DNA of 16,448 nt from Candidatus Nanohaloarchaea archaeon (lineage in GTDB: Archaea; Nanohalarchaeota; Nanosalinia; Nanosalinales; Nanosalinaceae): assembly GCA_041639695.1 (NCBI GenBank), contig JBEQBQ010000021.1:1-16448 (forward strand), given 5' to 3'. Shown piece after piece: positions 7,813-15,167 of this stretch (position 1 is the stretch's first letter; each line of letters begins with the position of its first letter). The position numbers were made by a program, and so were the translations under genes. The notes below the pieces were generated by a model that saw only the letters and a list, made by a program, of their open reading frames with translations, made no database searches and was not told the origin of the DNA.

Positions 7813-8438
7813 ACCATTTCATCCAGGTCATAAGACGATTTTCTATCCGCAACGATACATGAATCCTGAACGAGTGCAGCACCTTCGAACCCTAGGTGCT
7901 GGTGCCCAAGCCTGGTTACGATTTCGTACGCTTCATCCTGGAGATGCACAGACCCGGTGTAGAAGTCGCCGTCCTCGTACATGATTGAGATTTTCGAGCC
8001 GTCACCGAGAAAGAAGCTGTATCCGAACACCATTCGTTCGTAGGCTTCCACAGGGTCATCTGCACTGCCTTTGAGAACAGGTTTTTGGGTTTCTACACCT
8101 ACACTTGAGTCCAGAGCTGCTTCAATAGTTTTCAAACGTTCATCCGGCACCTCAATAAATACTTCGACTTCGCTACTAACGGTACGCGTTTCTAACGGGT
8201 CCTTTGCCTCAACTGAGATAGATATGTTGGTGTGCCCATCAAGCCTCTCCATCTGTTTATCGAAACTCATGCCCCCATACCAGTTCAAATCATTCTTCGT
8301 AAAACCTACGTCTACATGCGGACTGCTATCTTCTAGTTCAAGCCCTTCATTATCCAAATATTCAGTTAATTCTGTATATCTCTGTTCTAGAAGTTCTTCA
8401 GGATCCTCGGCTTCAAGCGAAATTATATCCGGAGCCAT
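7809..8438 (-). CDS. Hypothetical protein, paralogue of 8936..9553
   Basis: Acidic 209-aa ORF, collinear similarity to the 205-aa ORF (EVEVFIEVPDERL..LDSSVGV; DGDFYT). Confidence 0.75.
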   Translation of the reverse strand: MAPDIISLEAEDPEELLEQRYTELTEYLDNEGLELEDSSPHVDVGFTKNDLNWYGGMSFDKQMERLDGHTNISISVEAKDPLETRTVSSEVEVFIEVPDERLKTIEAALDSSVGVETQKPVLKGSADDPVEAYERMVFGYSFFLGDGSKISIMYEDGDFYTGSVHLQDEAYEIVTRLGHQHLGFEGAALVQDSCIVADRKSSYDLDEMV

Positions 8439-8483
8439 CTAACAATTAGTATCGTTTAAAGCTTATTAGCTTAGGATCAAGGT

Positions 8484-8912
8484 TTAAGAGAGCAGAGTGT
8501 TTACCGTCTTGATATCATCTACCTCGGCCTTCGCTATCAGTCTGCAGCTGCTTGAACCTGAGTCATTCAACGGATAGGAATCATCTTCCAGCCTTGAAAT
8601 CCCGATATCAAGCGGTGAAGGATCAACAACCTCCTCGTAAAACGCCTTGATCAATACCTGTTCTTGTCCATTCCTTTCGAATACTGATACCTTGTGTTCT
8701 TGATTATAGTAGGTTCTTCTTGAATCAGCTAGTGCAAAGAGGATATCTTCCATGAACTCTTCCGGTTCGAACTCTTTCCCGAAGGCCGGTCTGTCATAGT
8801 CTTCAGGGCCCACCTTCCAGTTAACCGGGTTCATATATTCTTGTAGATCGAAAAGTTGTAGAACTCCTTTTTCCGTATAATGTGATGTAGGGGTGTAATC
8901 TCCTGTCGACAT
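8484..8912 (-). CDS. Hypothetical protein
   Basis: Acidic 142-aa ORF filling the space between two paralogues, 23 nt downstream of the 205-aa gene. Confidence 0.7.
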   Translation of the reverse strand: MSTGDYTPTSHYTEKGVLQLFDLQEYMNPVNWKVGPEDYDRPAFGKEFEPEEFMEDILFALADSRRTYYNQEHKVSVFERNGQEQVLIKAFYEEVVDPSPLDIGISRLEDDSYPLNDSGSSSCRLIAKAEVDDIKTVNTLLS

Positions 8913-8935
8913 CTCTCAAAAACACACTCTTAACT

Positions 8936-9553
8936 CTACACTCTCTTGTTCAAGTTTTCTAAGGAGTCAGGCGCAGCAACCATCCAAGAATCATCATCTC
9001 TCATTACTGCCCCGTATTCAGCGCCGTGATCTGCCAGTATCTTACCCATCTTACCATATTTTTCGCCCTCTCCCTCTAATCTTTCAGTATAAAAACTTCC
9101 ATCGTATTCGACGGTTCCCCAAGGGCAGGGATCTCCTATCTGGAAATGATAGCTGACTGCAAGGTCTTCTGCAGCTTGCTGCGAAAAATTACCTGAACCG
9201 AAGACCGAACCACCTGCATAGACCACCCCTAAACTTTCATCCAGGTCGTCATAAATCTCAGTAAACCGTTCTACCGGAACGTCTATCGAAACTTCTATTT
9301 CGGTGTCGAAAACTTCGGTGTTTCCGTTTCCTTTAGCGTGCAGCCTAAATTGAAGAGTTTCAAGATTTTGTAACATTTCCAGCTGCTCAGGGAAAGAATT
9401 TTCGCCTATCTTAGACATTCTTGCTTCAGGCACACGAATATTTATACAGTCTATCGCTTTTCTCGGCTTCATGCCTTCTTCCTGCATATGAGCATTCAGT
9501 TCTTCATACGCAGAGCTCAACGCATCCTCTTCCCGGAATTCGACGAATGTCAT
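8936..9553 (-). CDS. Hypothetical protein, paralogue of 7809..8438
   Basis: Acidic 205-aa ORF (EIEVSIDVPVERF..LDESLGV; DGSFYT); TTTAAA box at 9580-9585. Confidence 0.75.
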   Translation of the reverse strand: MTFVEFREEDALSSAYEELNAHMQEEGMKPRKAIDCINIRVPEARMSKIGENSFPEQLEMLQNLETLQFRLHAKGNGNTEVFDTEIEVSIDVPVERFTEIYDDLDESLGVVYAGGSVFGSGNFSQQAAEDLAVSYHFQIGDPCPWGTVEYDGSFYTERLEGEGEKYGKMGKILADHGAEYGAVMRDDDSWMVAAPDSLENLNKRV

Positions 9554-9591
9554 TTCCTTCAGAGTTTTAGCGCTTAAACTTTAAACCTGTT

Positions 9592-10221
9592 TCAGATAAG
9601 TCCCTGAGTTTGAATCTTTTGTCTAACTTCTTCAAATATAATTTCATGGCCTTCATCCTCGGGATGAATTCCGTCCTCAACTTTTTCCAGCCATTCTTCT
9701 CGGTCGAAACTTCTCAAGTCAATACGTGGAACGTTTTCTTCTTCGCAGACTCGTTTTTGGATTTCCATGTATTCTTGTAGAAGTTCTTCGCTTGAATCGA
9801 CTCCTTCGACCCAAGGAATACTTCCCTCTATCGAGGTATACGGCTCTCCAACTATGACAATTTTTCCGTAATCTCGTGCTTTCTCAATTAGTTTTCGTAG
9901 ATTCTCTCTATAATTTTCTTCTGGAACTCTGATTCCCTGTCGTTCCTCCAGATAATTGCTTTCTTCGTGGATTAACTGAATGTCGTTAGTCCCTACCTGT
10001 ATTAAGATAGTCGCATCCTCTTCAGGCCAGTAACGTCTCTCAAGCTCTTCTTCAAATCTTCTAACAAGCTGCTCCGAGTCTTCACCTGAGATCCCAAGAT
10101 TGTAGAGGCTGTGATCATCGTGGTTCTTCAAAAGATGTCTTCTGAGTCTTTCGGTCCAGCCGCCTTCGTTATCTTTACTTCCGTGAGTGATTGAATGGCC
10201 GAAGCAGAACAACTGTGTCAT
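9592..10221 (-). CDS. SGNH/GDSL hydrolase
   Basis: Block I FGHSITHG, block II NLGISG, block III GTND, block V DGIHP. Confidence 0.92.
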   Translation of the reverse strand: MTQLFCFGHSITHGSKDNEGGWTERLRRHLLKNHDDHSLYNLGISGEDSEQLVRRFEEELERRYWPEEDATILIQVGTNDIQLIHEESNYLEERQGIRVPEENYRENLRKLIEKARDYGKIVIVGEPYTSIEGSIPWVEGVDSSEELLQEYMEIQKRVCEEENVPRIDLRSFDREEWLEKVEDGIHPEDEGHEIIFEEVRQKIQTQGLI

Positions 10222-10841
10222 AAAAACTGTTCTATTTCCGGTTCTAGCTTATTGTAGATTTTTCTATGCCCTTCAGTGTCGGGGTGTAGATCGTCTACTA
10301 AGTGTTCTCCAAAATCTTCTTCCAGCATTTCAGGAAGCATAAAAGTAGGAACGTTTTCCGACTTGCAGACTTCTTTTGCTACGCTGAGATATTCCTGTCT
10401 ATCCTGTTTGAGAATTGATTCGTTTTCCGACCATGGAAGCGGATCCAGTTTTTCATAGTTCGGAGGGACTCCCCCTACGTAGACAACGTTTTCAGCATAA
10501 ACCTTTGATATTTCTATTATCCTTTCCAGGTTCTCCCTGAACTCGTTTAGAGGTACTTTGTTCCTGTCCTCTTCGTTGAAGTAAAGTGCGTCGTTTCCGC
10601 CTATACTGATTATAATTAAATATTCTTTTTCTGGTTTGTACCGTGCTTCGATCTCGTTTCCTATCCGTTTTACTAAGTCTCTGCTGGTGTCTCCTGAGTG
10701 AGAAAGGTTGTATAGCTGGTGGTTCTCGTTGTTTTTGAGTGATCTGCTGTGTAGGTCTTTTGCGAGGTAATGTGCCCAGCCGCCTTCCGGATCCCAGAAA
10801 CCTGCGGTAATGCTGGCACCGAAGACAAGAACTCTTGTCAT
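10218..10841 (-). CDS. SGNH/GDSL hydrolase
   Basis: Block I FGASITAG, block II NLSHSG, block III GGND, block V DDLHP; ATGA overlap with the next SGNH gene. Confidence 0.92.
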   Translation of the reverse strand: MTRVLVFGASITAGFWDPEGGWAHYLAKDLHSRSLKNNENHQLYNLSHSGDTSRDLVKRIGNEIEARYKPEKEYLIIISIGGNDALYFNEEDRNKVPLNEFRENLERIIEISKVYAENVVYVGGVPPNYEKLDPLPWSENESILKQDRQEYLSVAKEVCKSENVPTFMLPEMLEEDFGEHLVDDLHPDTEGHRKIYNKLEPEIEQFL

Positions 10842-10896
10842 AAGGAATGATTATTTGGCCAATCAAATAAGTATTTTGAAAGGTATAGGTAAGATA

Positions 10897-11364
10897 TTAG
10901 TTAACTACTTCATAGTCAAGAATTTGGGTCAGTCGGCCGTAGGCTCTGCTTTCGTCGGCCTCTTGAATAAGCTTAACTTCTTTATCGAGCTCAGGGAGTT
11001 CTACGAGTTCTATTTGCTTCTCGGAAGGTTCTACTTCTTCAAAATTTTCTTTGAGGAAGTTTTCGGCAAAATCCTTTGGGCCTTCAACGTCATTTTCGAG
11101 ATATTGAAGGGTCTGCCACATCACATTAACGTCTTGCCACTGTTGCTGTTCTATTTTAGAGCCGTTCTGATAACTGGGTAGTTCTTCAACGATCTCCGCT
11201 TCGTTTGAATCCCAGTCTCTTACACTATTCTCAATATTTTCGGGATAGAACTCGATATGCTTTCTTAAGGCTCTACAAGTCTCTGAATGTACTTCAGTCC
11301 AATCTTCTTTAGCCGTAGACTGGTAGAACTCTATAATATTATCTTTTCCAGAAACCCCCGACAT
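10897..11364 (-). CDS. Acidic hypothetical protein
   Basis: 155-aa acidic ORF with TTTAAA at 11388-11393 about 25-30 nt upstream. Confidence 0.7.
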   Translation of the reverse strand: MSGVSGKDNIIEFYQSTAKEDWTEVHSETCRALRKHIEFYPENIENSVRDWDSNEAEIVEELPSYQNGSKIEQQQWQDVNVMWQTLQYLENDVEGPKDFAENFLKENFEEVEPSEKQIELVELPELDKEVKLIQEADESRAYGRLTQILDYEVVN

Positions 11365-11387
11365 AGTTGTTACTAACTAGTCAAATA

Positions 11388-11412
11388 TTTAAATATCTAT
11401 CGTAGGTTTAAA
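11388..11412. promoter_or_regulatory. Back-to-back TATA boxes of a divergent promoter
   Basis: TTTAAA at 11388-11393 and 11407-11412, each 24-29 nt before the ATGs at 11364 (-) and 11436 (+), consistent with leaderless transcripts. Confidence 0.65.
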
Positions 11413-11435
11413 TCCTTTCTACCTATTTAATTCGT

Positions 11436-11672
11436 ATGCCCGAAACAAAAATGGCGAAATGCGTTTTCTGCGGAGAGAACGCCACGAAAAAGAACAAGGC
11501 CGGCCAACCGGTTTGTAAGGAACATAGGAAGAAAGATCCTAAGGACGTTGCATGCCCTGAATGCGGAATGCCTATGAAGATTAAAGAGGGGCGTTACGGC
11601 TTCTTCTGGGGATGTGAAGGCTATCCGCAGTGTGAAAAGACTTACCAGATCGAAGACGTAATAGAAGATTAA
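11436..11672 (+). CDS. Small double zinc-finger protein with a topoisomerase-type C4 zinc ribbon
   Basis: CVFC...CKEH followed by CPECGMPMKIKEGRYGFFWGCEGYPQC, matching the type IA topoisomerase C-terminal zinc-ribbon pattern. Confidence 0.85.
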   Translation: MPETKMAKCVFCGENATKKNKAGQPVCKEHRKKDPKDVACPECGMPMKIKEGRYGFFWGCEGYPQCEKTYQIEDVIED

Positions 11673-12133
11673 CGTTTTTCTCCTAGATCAACCGGATCTT
11701 CAGTATCAATCCATGCTTCAGGATTTTCATCGTCGTATATGACGAACTTATTTCCTTCAAAACTTATTTCACGAATTCTTACGTTGCTATCTGGACCCCC
11801 CTTGAACTCAGGATCTTCAATGGGCTCAATATCTTGTTCAGCCATATCTTCGTATAGACTGCTGTCGTTTGAGGCAAGTTTGTGTGCGGCTTCTTCAAGT
11901 CCCGACTTGGTTCCAACGAAATTGTATCCCTCTCTCCTGATTTCATTCACTAGGTAAGGTCCTTCGCCCGTCATGTAGACCCGTAGATTTCCATCATCTA
12001 TTGACGCAAGAAAAGTTCTTTCGTAGTCTATATCGTTTTCCTTGGCGTACTGCTCTGGTGTTGCTGGATTGTTTTGATGCATGCGGTCTAGGCTGAATCT
12101 TTGAGTCGTATTTTGGTCGAAACTTTCCGCCAT
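11669..12133 (-). CDS. Hypothetical protein with a C-terminal haloarchaeal-type YD-x-ENP-x-AWI motif
   Basis: ATG at 12133 after GAGGT; C-terminus FVIYDDENPEAWIDTEDPVDL. Confidence 0.7.
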   Translation of the reverse strand: MAESFDQNTTQRFSLDRMHQNNPATPEQYAKENDIDYERTFLASIDDGNLRVYMTGEGPYLVNEIRREGYNFVGTKSGLEEAAHKLASNDSSLYEDMAEQDIEPIEDPEFKGGPDSNVRIREISFEGNKFVIYDDENPEAWIDTEDPVDLGEKR

Positions 12134-12239
12134 AACCTCTATGTACGTATTTAGCACTTAAAAGTGTATCGTCGTTTAGCAGTGACAACATTTCTCTAGG
12201 GCCGTATATTTCTAATTTACTTTCAATTCTAGAAATATT

Positions 12240-12312
12240 GGGCCTGTAGCTCAGCGGACAGAGCACTCGGTTCCTAACCGAGCGGTCGAGGGTTCAAATC
12301 CCTCCAGGTCCG
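12240..12312 (+). tRNA. tRNA-Arg(CCT)
   Basis: Acceptor GGGCCTG/CAGGTCC, D arm GCTC/GAGC, anticodon arm CTCGG-TTCCTAA-CCGAG (CCT 12273-12275), T arm GAGGG-TTCAAAT-CCCTC, discriminator G; no intron, CCA not encoded. Confidence 0.97.
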
Positions 12313-12319
12313 AAACACA

Positions 12320-13105
12320 CTAACCTTCCAAAATAGATCTCTCAAGATAAGATTCCAGAAACTTTTCCGGTCTATAAGCCTCCCATTCAGCGCCCATAGT
12401 TCTAGAAACAGAGCTTCTCGAATTATCATAACTAACCTCAACACCGGAAAGATCAGATATCCTTTCGGCCATACTGCCTATAGAGTGATGTTCCTCGTAA
12501 GCCTCAAGCCGGGACTCTTTACCAACTTCTGTTATAGCGGTTATAGCATCGTTAATATGGGTGAAAGGCCTCAGCTGAGTTCCATCGCCGTAGACCTCTA
12601 GAGTCTCTCCACGTATAGATCTCTCGAGAAAGCTATCGATAACCCCACTTCCTGACCCGTAGACGTTTCCAAGTCGGACAATCGAGTGATTCTCGTATTC
12701 CTGTATAATTGATTCTCCTACGGCGTTAGCTTCCGGATAACTTAACCAATCTTTATCTTGATCGGGATTAACTTGGGCGGCAGAACCAGATGAAACATAG
12801 ACTATTTTAAGCGAACTATCAGTTTTTCTGGCTTCTTCCAGCAAGTTTTCAGTGCCTTCGACCTCCGGCCACTCCTCCCTCGGAGCTTCACCGTTATTCA
12901 GAGTTGCTAAATGATAAACTGTATCGAACTCTTCAAGCCGGACAGGCAGATCCGAAGAGGTCATATCGCAGTGTAGAAGCTGTCCTTCAAAGGGTTCAGA
13001 GCCACCTAATCTGGAAATACCTAAAGAATTGTCTTCTAAACGAACAGAAAGTTCGGGCCCAAGATTACCGGTAGCGCCTAAAATTAGATTGGAAAACTCG
13101 CCCAT
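12320..13105 (-). CDS. NAD-dependent epimerase/dehydratase family (extended SDR), atypical active site
   Basis: ILGATGNLG Rossmann motif, VYHLA, YVSS, RLGNVYG, VYGDGTQLRPFTHIND; YPEAN where YxxxK is expected; ATG 13105 preferred over TTG 13126. Confidence 0.85.
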   Translation of the reverse strand: MGEFSNLILGATGNLGPELSVRLEDNSLGISRLGGSEPFEGQLLHCDMTSSDLPVRLEEFDTVYHLATLNNGEAPREEWPEVEGTENLLEEARKTDSSLKIVYVSSGSAAQVNPDQDKDWLSYPEANAVGESIIQEYENHSIVRLGNVYGSGSGVIDSFLERSIRGETLEVYGDGTQLRPFTHINDAITAITEVGKESRLEAYEEHHSIGSMAERISDLSGVEVSYDNSRSSVSRTMGAEWEAYRPEKFLESYLERSILEG

Positions 13106-13164
13106 CAAATCCTTGGTTCTATCCAAACAATAAATACCTCAAACCAGCGTACTAAATATTACTT

Positions 13165-13746
13165 ATGAGGCTTGAAGTCCCGTTGCAGACACAGGAGTCC
13201 GACCATGATTGCGGCCCGGCAGCACTGAAAATGGCCTTAGACTTCTTTGGAGACCGTAAATCGATGTCGGAAATAAAAGATCTGCTGGACTATTCAGAGG
13301 GAGATGCAGTATTTACAGTTCAACTCGCCACAGCTGCAGAAGAAATCGGACACGAAGCAGAGTTCTATACGGCCGAACCTGACAACGAACACGACGACAA
13401 AGAGTTCCACAGAAAACATGCTGTAGACAAGGAGAACGAGGAACTTTACAGGGAAGCTGAAGAGGCTGGGGTCGAACTAAACTTCGAATCCCTATCGCTC
13501 GAGGAGATTAAAAAGAGACTTAGAAAGGGCGAGCTTCCAATCGTGCTGATTGACTGGAATATTCTGAAAGACAGGGAAGGATACCAAGGCCATTTCATGC
13601 CGTTCGTAGGTTTCGAAAGTGGGAAGGTTCTTTTACACAACCCTGATGCCGAGGACGGGTCTTACATGGAGATAGACGAGGAGATGTTCGAAGAAGCCAG
13701 GAAAGCTGATGGAACAGATCAGGACATAGCTTTAATCAAGAAATAA
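13165..13746 (+). CDS. Peptidase C39-like cysteine protein of the GUCD1-like family
   Basis: VP...Q....DCG (oxyanion Gln, catalytic Cys), YQGHF (His), HNP, and C-terminal FEEARKADGTDQDI. Confidence 0.85.
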   Translation: MRLEVPLQTQESDHDCGPAALKMALDFFGDRKSMSEIKDLLDYSEGDAVFTVQLATAAEEIGHEAEFYTAEPDNEHDDKEFHRKHAVDKENEELYREAEEAGVELNFESLSLEEIKKRLRKGELPIVLIDWNILKDREGYQGHFMPFVGFESGKVLLHNPDAEDGSYMEIDEEMFEEARKADGTDQDIALIKK

Positions 13747-13747
13747 G

Positions 13748-14449
13748 TTAAAGTATCTCGACAATCTCGCCCAGTTCTCTTCCTTTACAGTAAAGCTTCG
13801 CCGGTCTATGAGAAACACCTTCAGTCTTCTCGCCGGTATCTTCGACAATATCTTTCTTCTTTAGTTTCCGCCTGAAGTTCCTGCGATCAAACTCTTTATC
13901 GAACACGGTTTCGTAAACTTCTTGGAAATCGGATAAAGTGAATTTTTCGGGTAGGAAAGAGTAAGCAGCTGTAGAGTACTCCATTTTAGCCCTCAAACGT
14001 TCAATTGAGTAGTCTGCGATCTCGCTGTGATCGAAAGCTAGCTCAGGCAATTCGTAGGCAGAATACCATTCAACGTTTTCCAGTTCGTCTACATCTCGAA
14101 CTTCTTCGTAGTTGACAAGTGCGTAGTATCCGACTGTTATGACCCTGGTTCTAGGATCTCTTTCAGGTTGTCCGAAGGTGTATAATTGTTCGAGGTAGAC
14201 GTCGTCCAAACCGGTTTTCTCGTGTAAGGTTCTTTTCGCCGCTTCTTCCAGCGACTCATCCATCTCAATAAAGCTGCCGGGTAGCGCCCATTTTCCTTCG
14301 TCCGGCCATGAATCTCTCTTCTTCAATAAAAGCTTGAGGTCGTTGTCCTTGACCGTGAAGATTATGAGATCTACCGTCACTGAAGGTCTGTCGAAAGCTT
14401 CCTCATCGTACTCTTTGAGGCTGTCGAACTCGGGTTTTTCCTGCGTCAC
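13748..14449 (-). CDS. nrtR: NrtR-family Nudix-related transcriptional regulator
   Basis: SVTVDLIIF, WALPG, degenerate Nudix box (KRTLHEKTGL), YLEQLYTFG.PERDPR.RVI, LAFDH, and wHTH FTLSDFQEVYE...DRRNFRRKL...HRPAKLY; GTG start. Confidence 0.93.
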   Translation of the reverse strand: MTQEKPEFDSLKEYDEEAFDRPSVTVDLIIFTVKDNDLKLLLKKRDSWPDEGKWALPGSFIEMDESLEEAAKRTLHEKTGLDDVYLEQLYTFGQPERDPRTRVITVGYYALVNYEEVRDVDELENVEWYSAYELPELAFDHSEIADYSIERLRAKMEYSTAAYSFLPEKFTLSDFQEVYETVFDKEFDRRNFRRKLKKKDIVEDTGEKTEGVSHRPAKLYCKGRELGEIVEIL

Positions 14450-14453
14450 AGTC

Positions 14454-14474
14454 TTTGTGTAAGAAGTACAAGAA
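14454..14474. promoter_or_regulatory. Putative NrtR operator upstream of nrtR
   Basis: tttgtGTaagaagtACaagaa: GT-N7-AC core lying between TTTAAA (14475-14480) and the start codon at 14449. Confidence 0.75.
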
Positions 14475-14475
14475 T

Positions 14476-15165
14476 TTAAAGAGCACGGGCATGGTAGCCC
14501 CTGCCCTCCAGGGAGTCTTCTACATCGTAGGTGTCGACAAGTTCGACTCCATCATCCTGCCATTTCTGCTTGGTTTTTTCTGCGGCTTCCGGATCGATAC
14601 CTCTCATCGCGTCTTCGACCGCGTAAACCTTCACATCTCTTTCCAGCAAGCCCTGGGCCGCCTGGTCGTTACAGACCTCGGTCGCCACACCGTAGACAAA
14701 GGCAATATCCGGATCAACCTCCTCAACCACAGGATCTGCGTGTGGAGTACCTTCAAACACGTTAAATTTATCCTTGTAGAGCACAATCTCTCTGGGATCG
14801 TCCTCAAGTCTTTCCTCCACATCGTAATCTACGTTCCATTCGAACTTCAGCGGATTAGCGGGCTCGGTTGCACTGATGAATTCGGCGCCTCTCGTGTTCT
14901 GCATGCAGTGAGGCGGGAACGTCTGTTCAAAGTCCGGTTCTTCATCGTAGACGATCTCTTCAGATTCCTGGTTGTGCCAGTCAGCGGTATTGATGGTTGT
15001 GATGCCGTATTCTTCAGCTAGATCGGTTAGTTTTCCAAGGTTGGTGTGGATTCCTGTCGCTCCGTTTCCTTCGTTGACCGGAAGCTTTCCCGCAGGATCT
15101 ATGAAGTCGTACTGGGTGTCGACGTTCCAGAAAACGACGTTGTAGGGTTCAAACCAGTTACCCAT
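14476..15165 (-). CDS. pncA: Nicotinamidase (isochorismatase/cysteine hydrolase family)
   Basis: VDTQYDF (Asp), TADWH and FPPHC (metal ligands), KDKFNVF (Lys), GVATEVC (Cys); adjacent to pncB and nrtR. Confidence 0.9.
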   Translation of the reverse strand: MGNWFEPYNVVFWNVDTQYDFIDPAGKLPVNEGNGATGIHTNLGKLTDLAEEYGITTINTADWHNQESEEIVYDEEPDFEQTFPPHCMQNTRGAEFISATEPANPLKFEWNVDYDVEERLEDDPREIVLYKDKFNVFEGTPHADPVVEEVDPDIAFVYGVATEVCNDQAAQGLLERDVKVYAVEDAMRGIDPEAAEKTKQKWQDDGVELVDTYDVEDSLEGRGYHARAL

Positions 15166-15167
15166 TT

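Noticed and set aside
8459-8472. AAGCT-N4-AGCTT palindrome upstream of 7809..8438, and TATTGG/CCAATA at about 6008-6032
   Set aside because: Short arms, no second copy noticed; not distinguishable from chance.
11994-12266. 90-aa minus-strand ORF
   Set aside because: Overlaps tRNA-Arg and the 11669..12133 gene; basic composition unlike this proteome.
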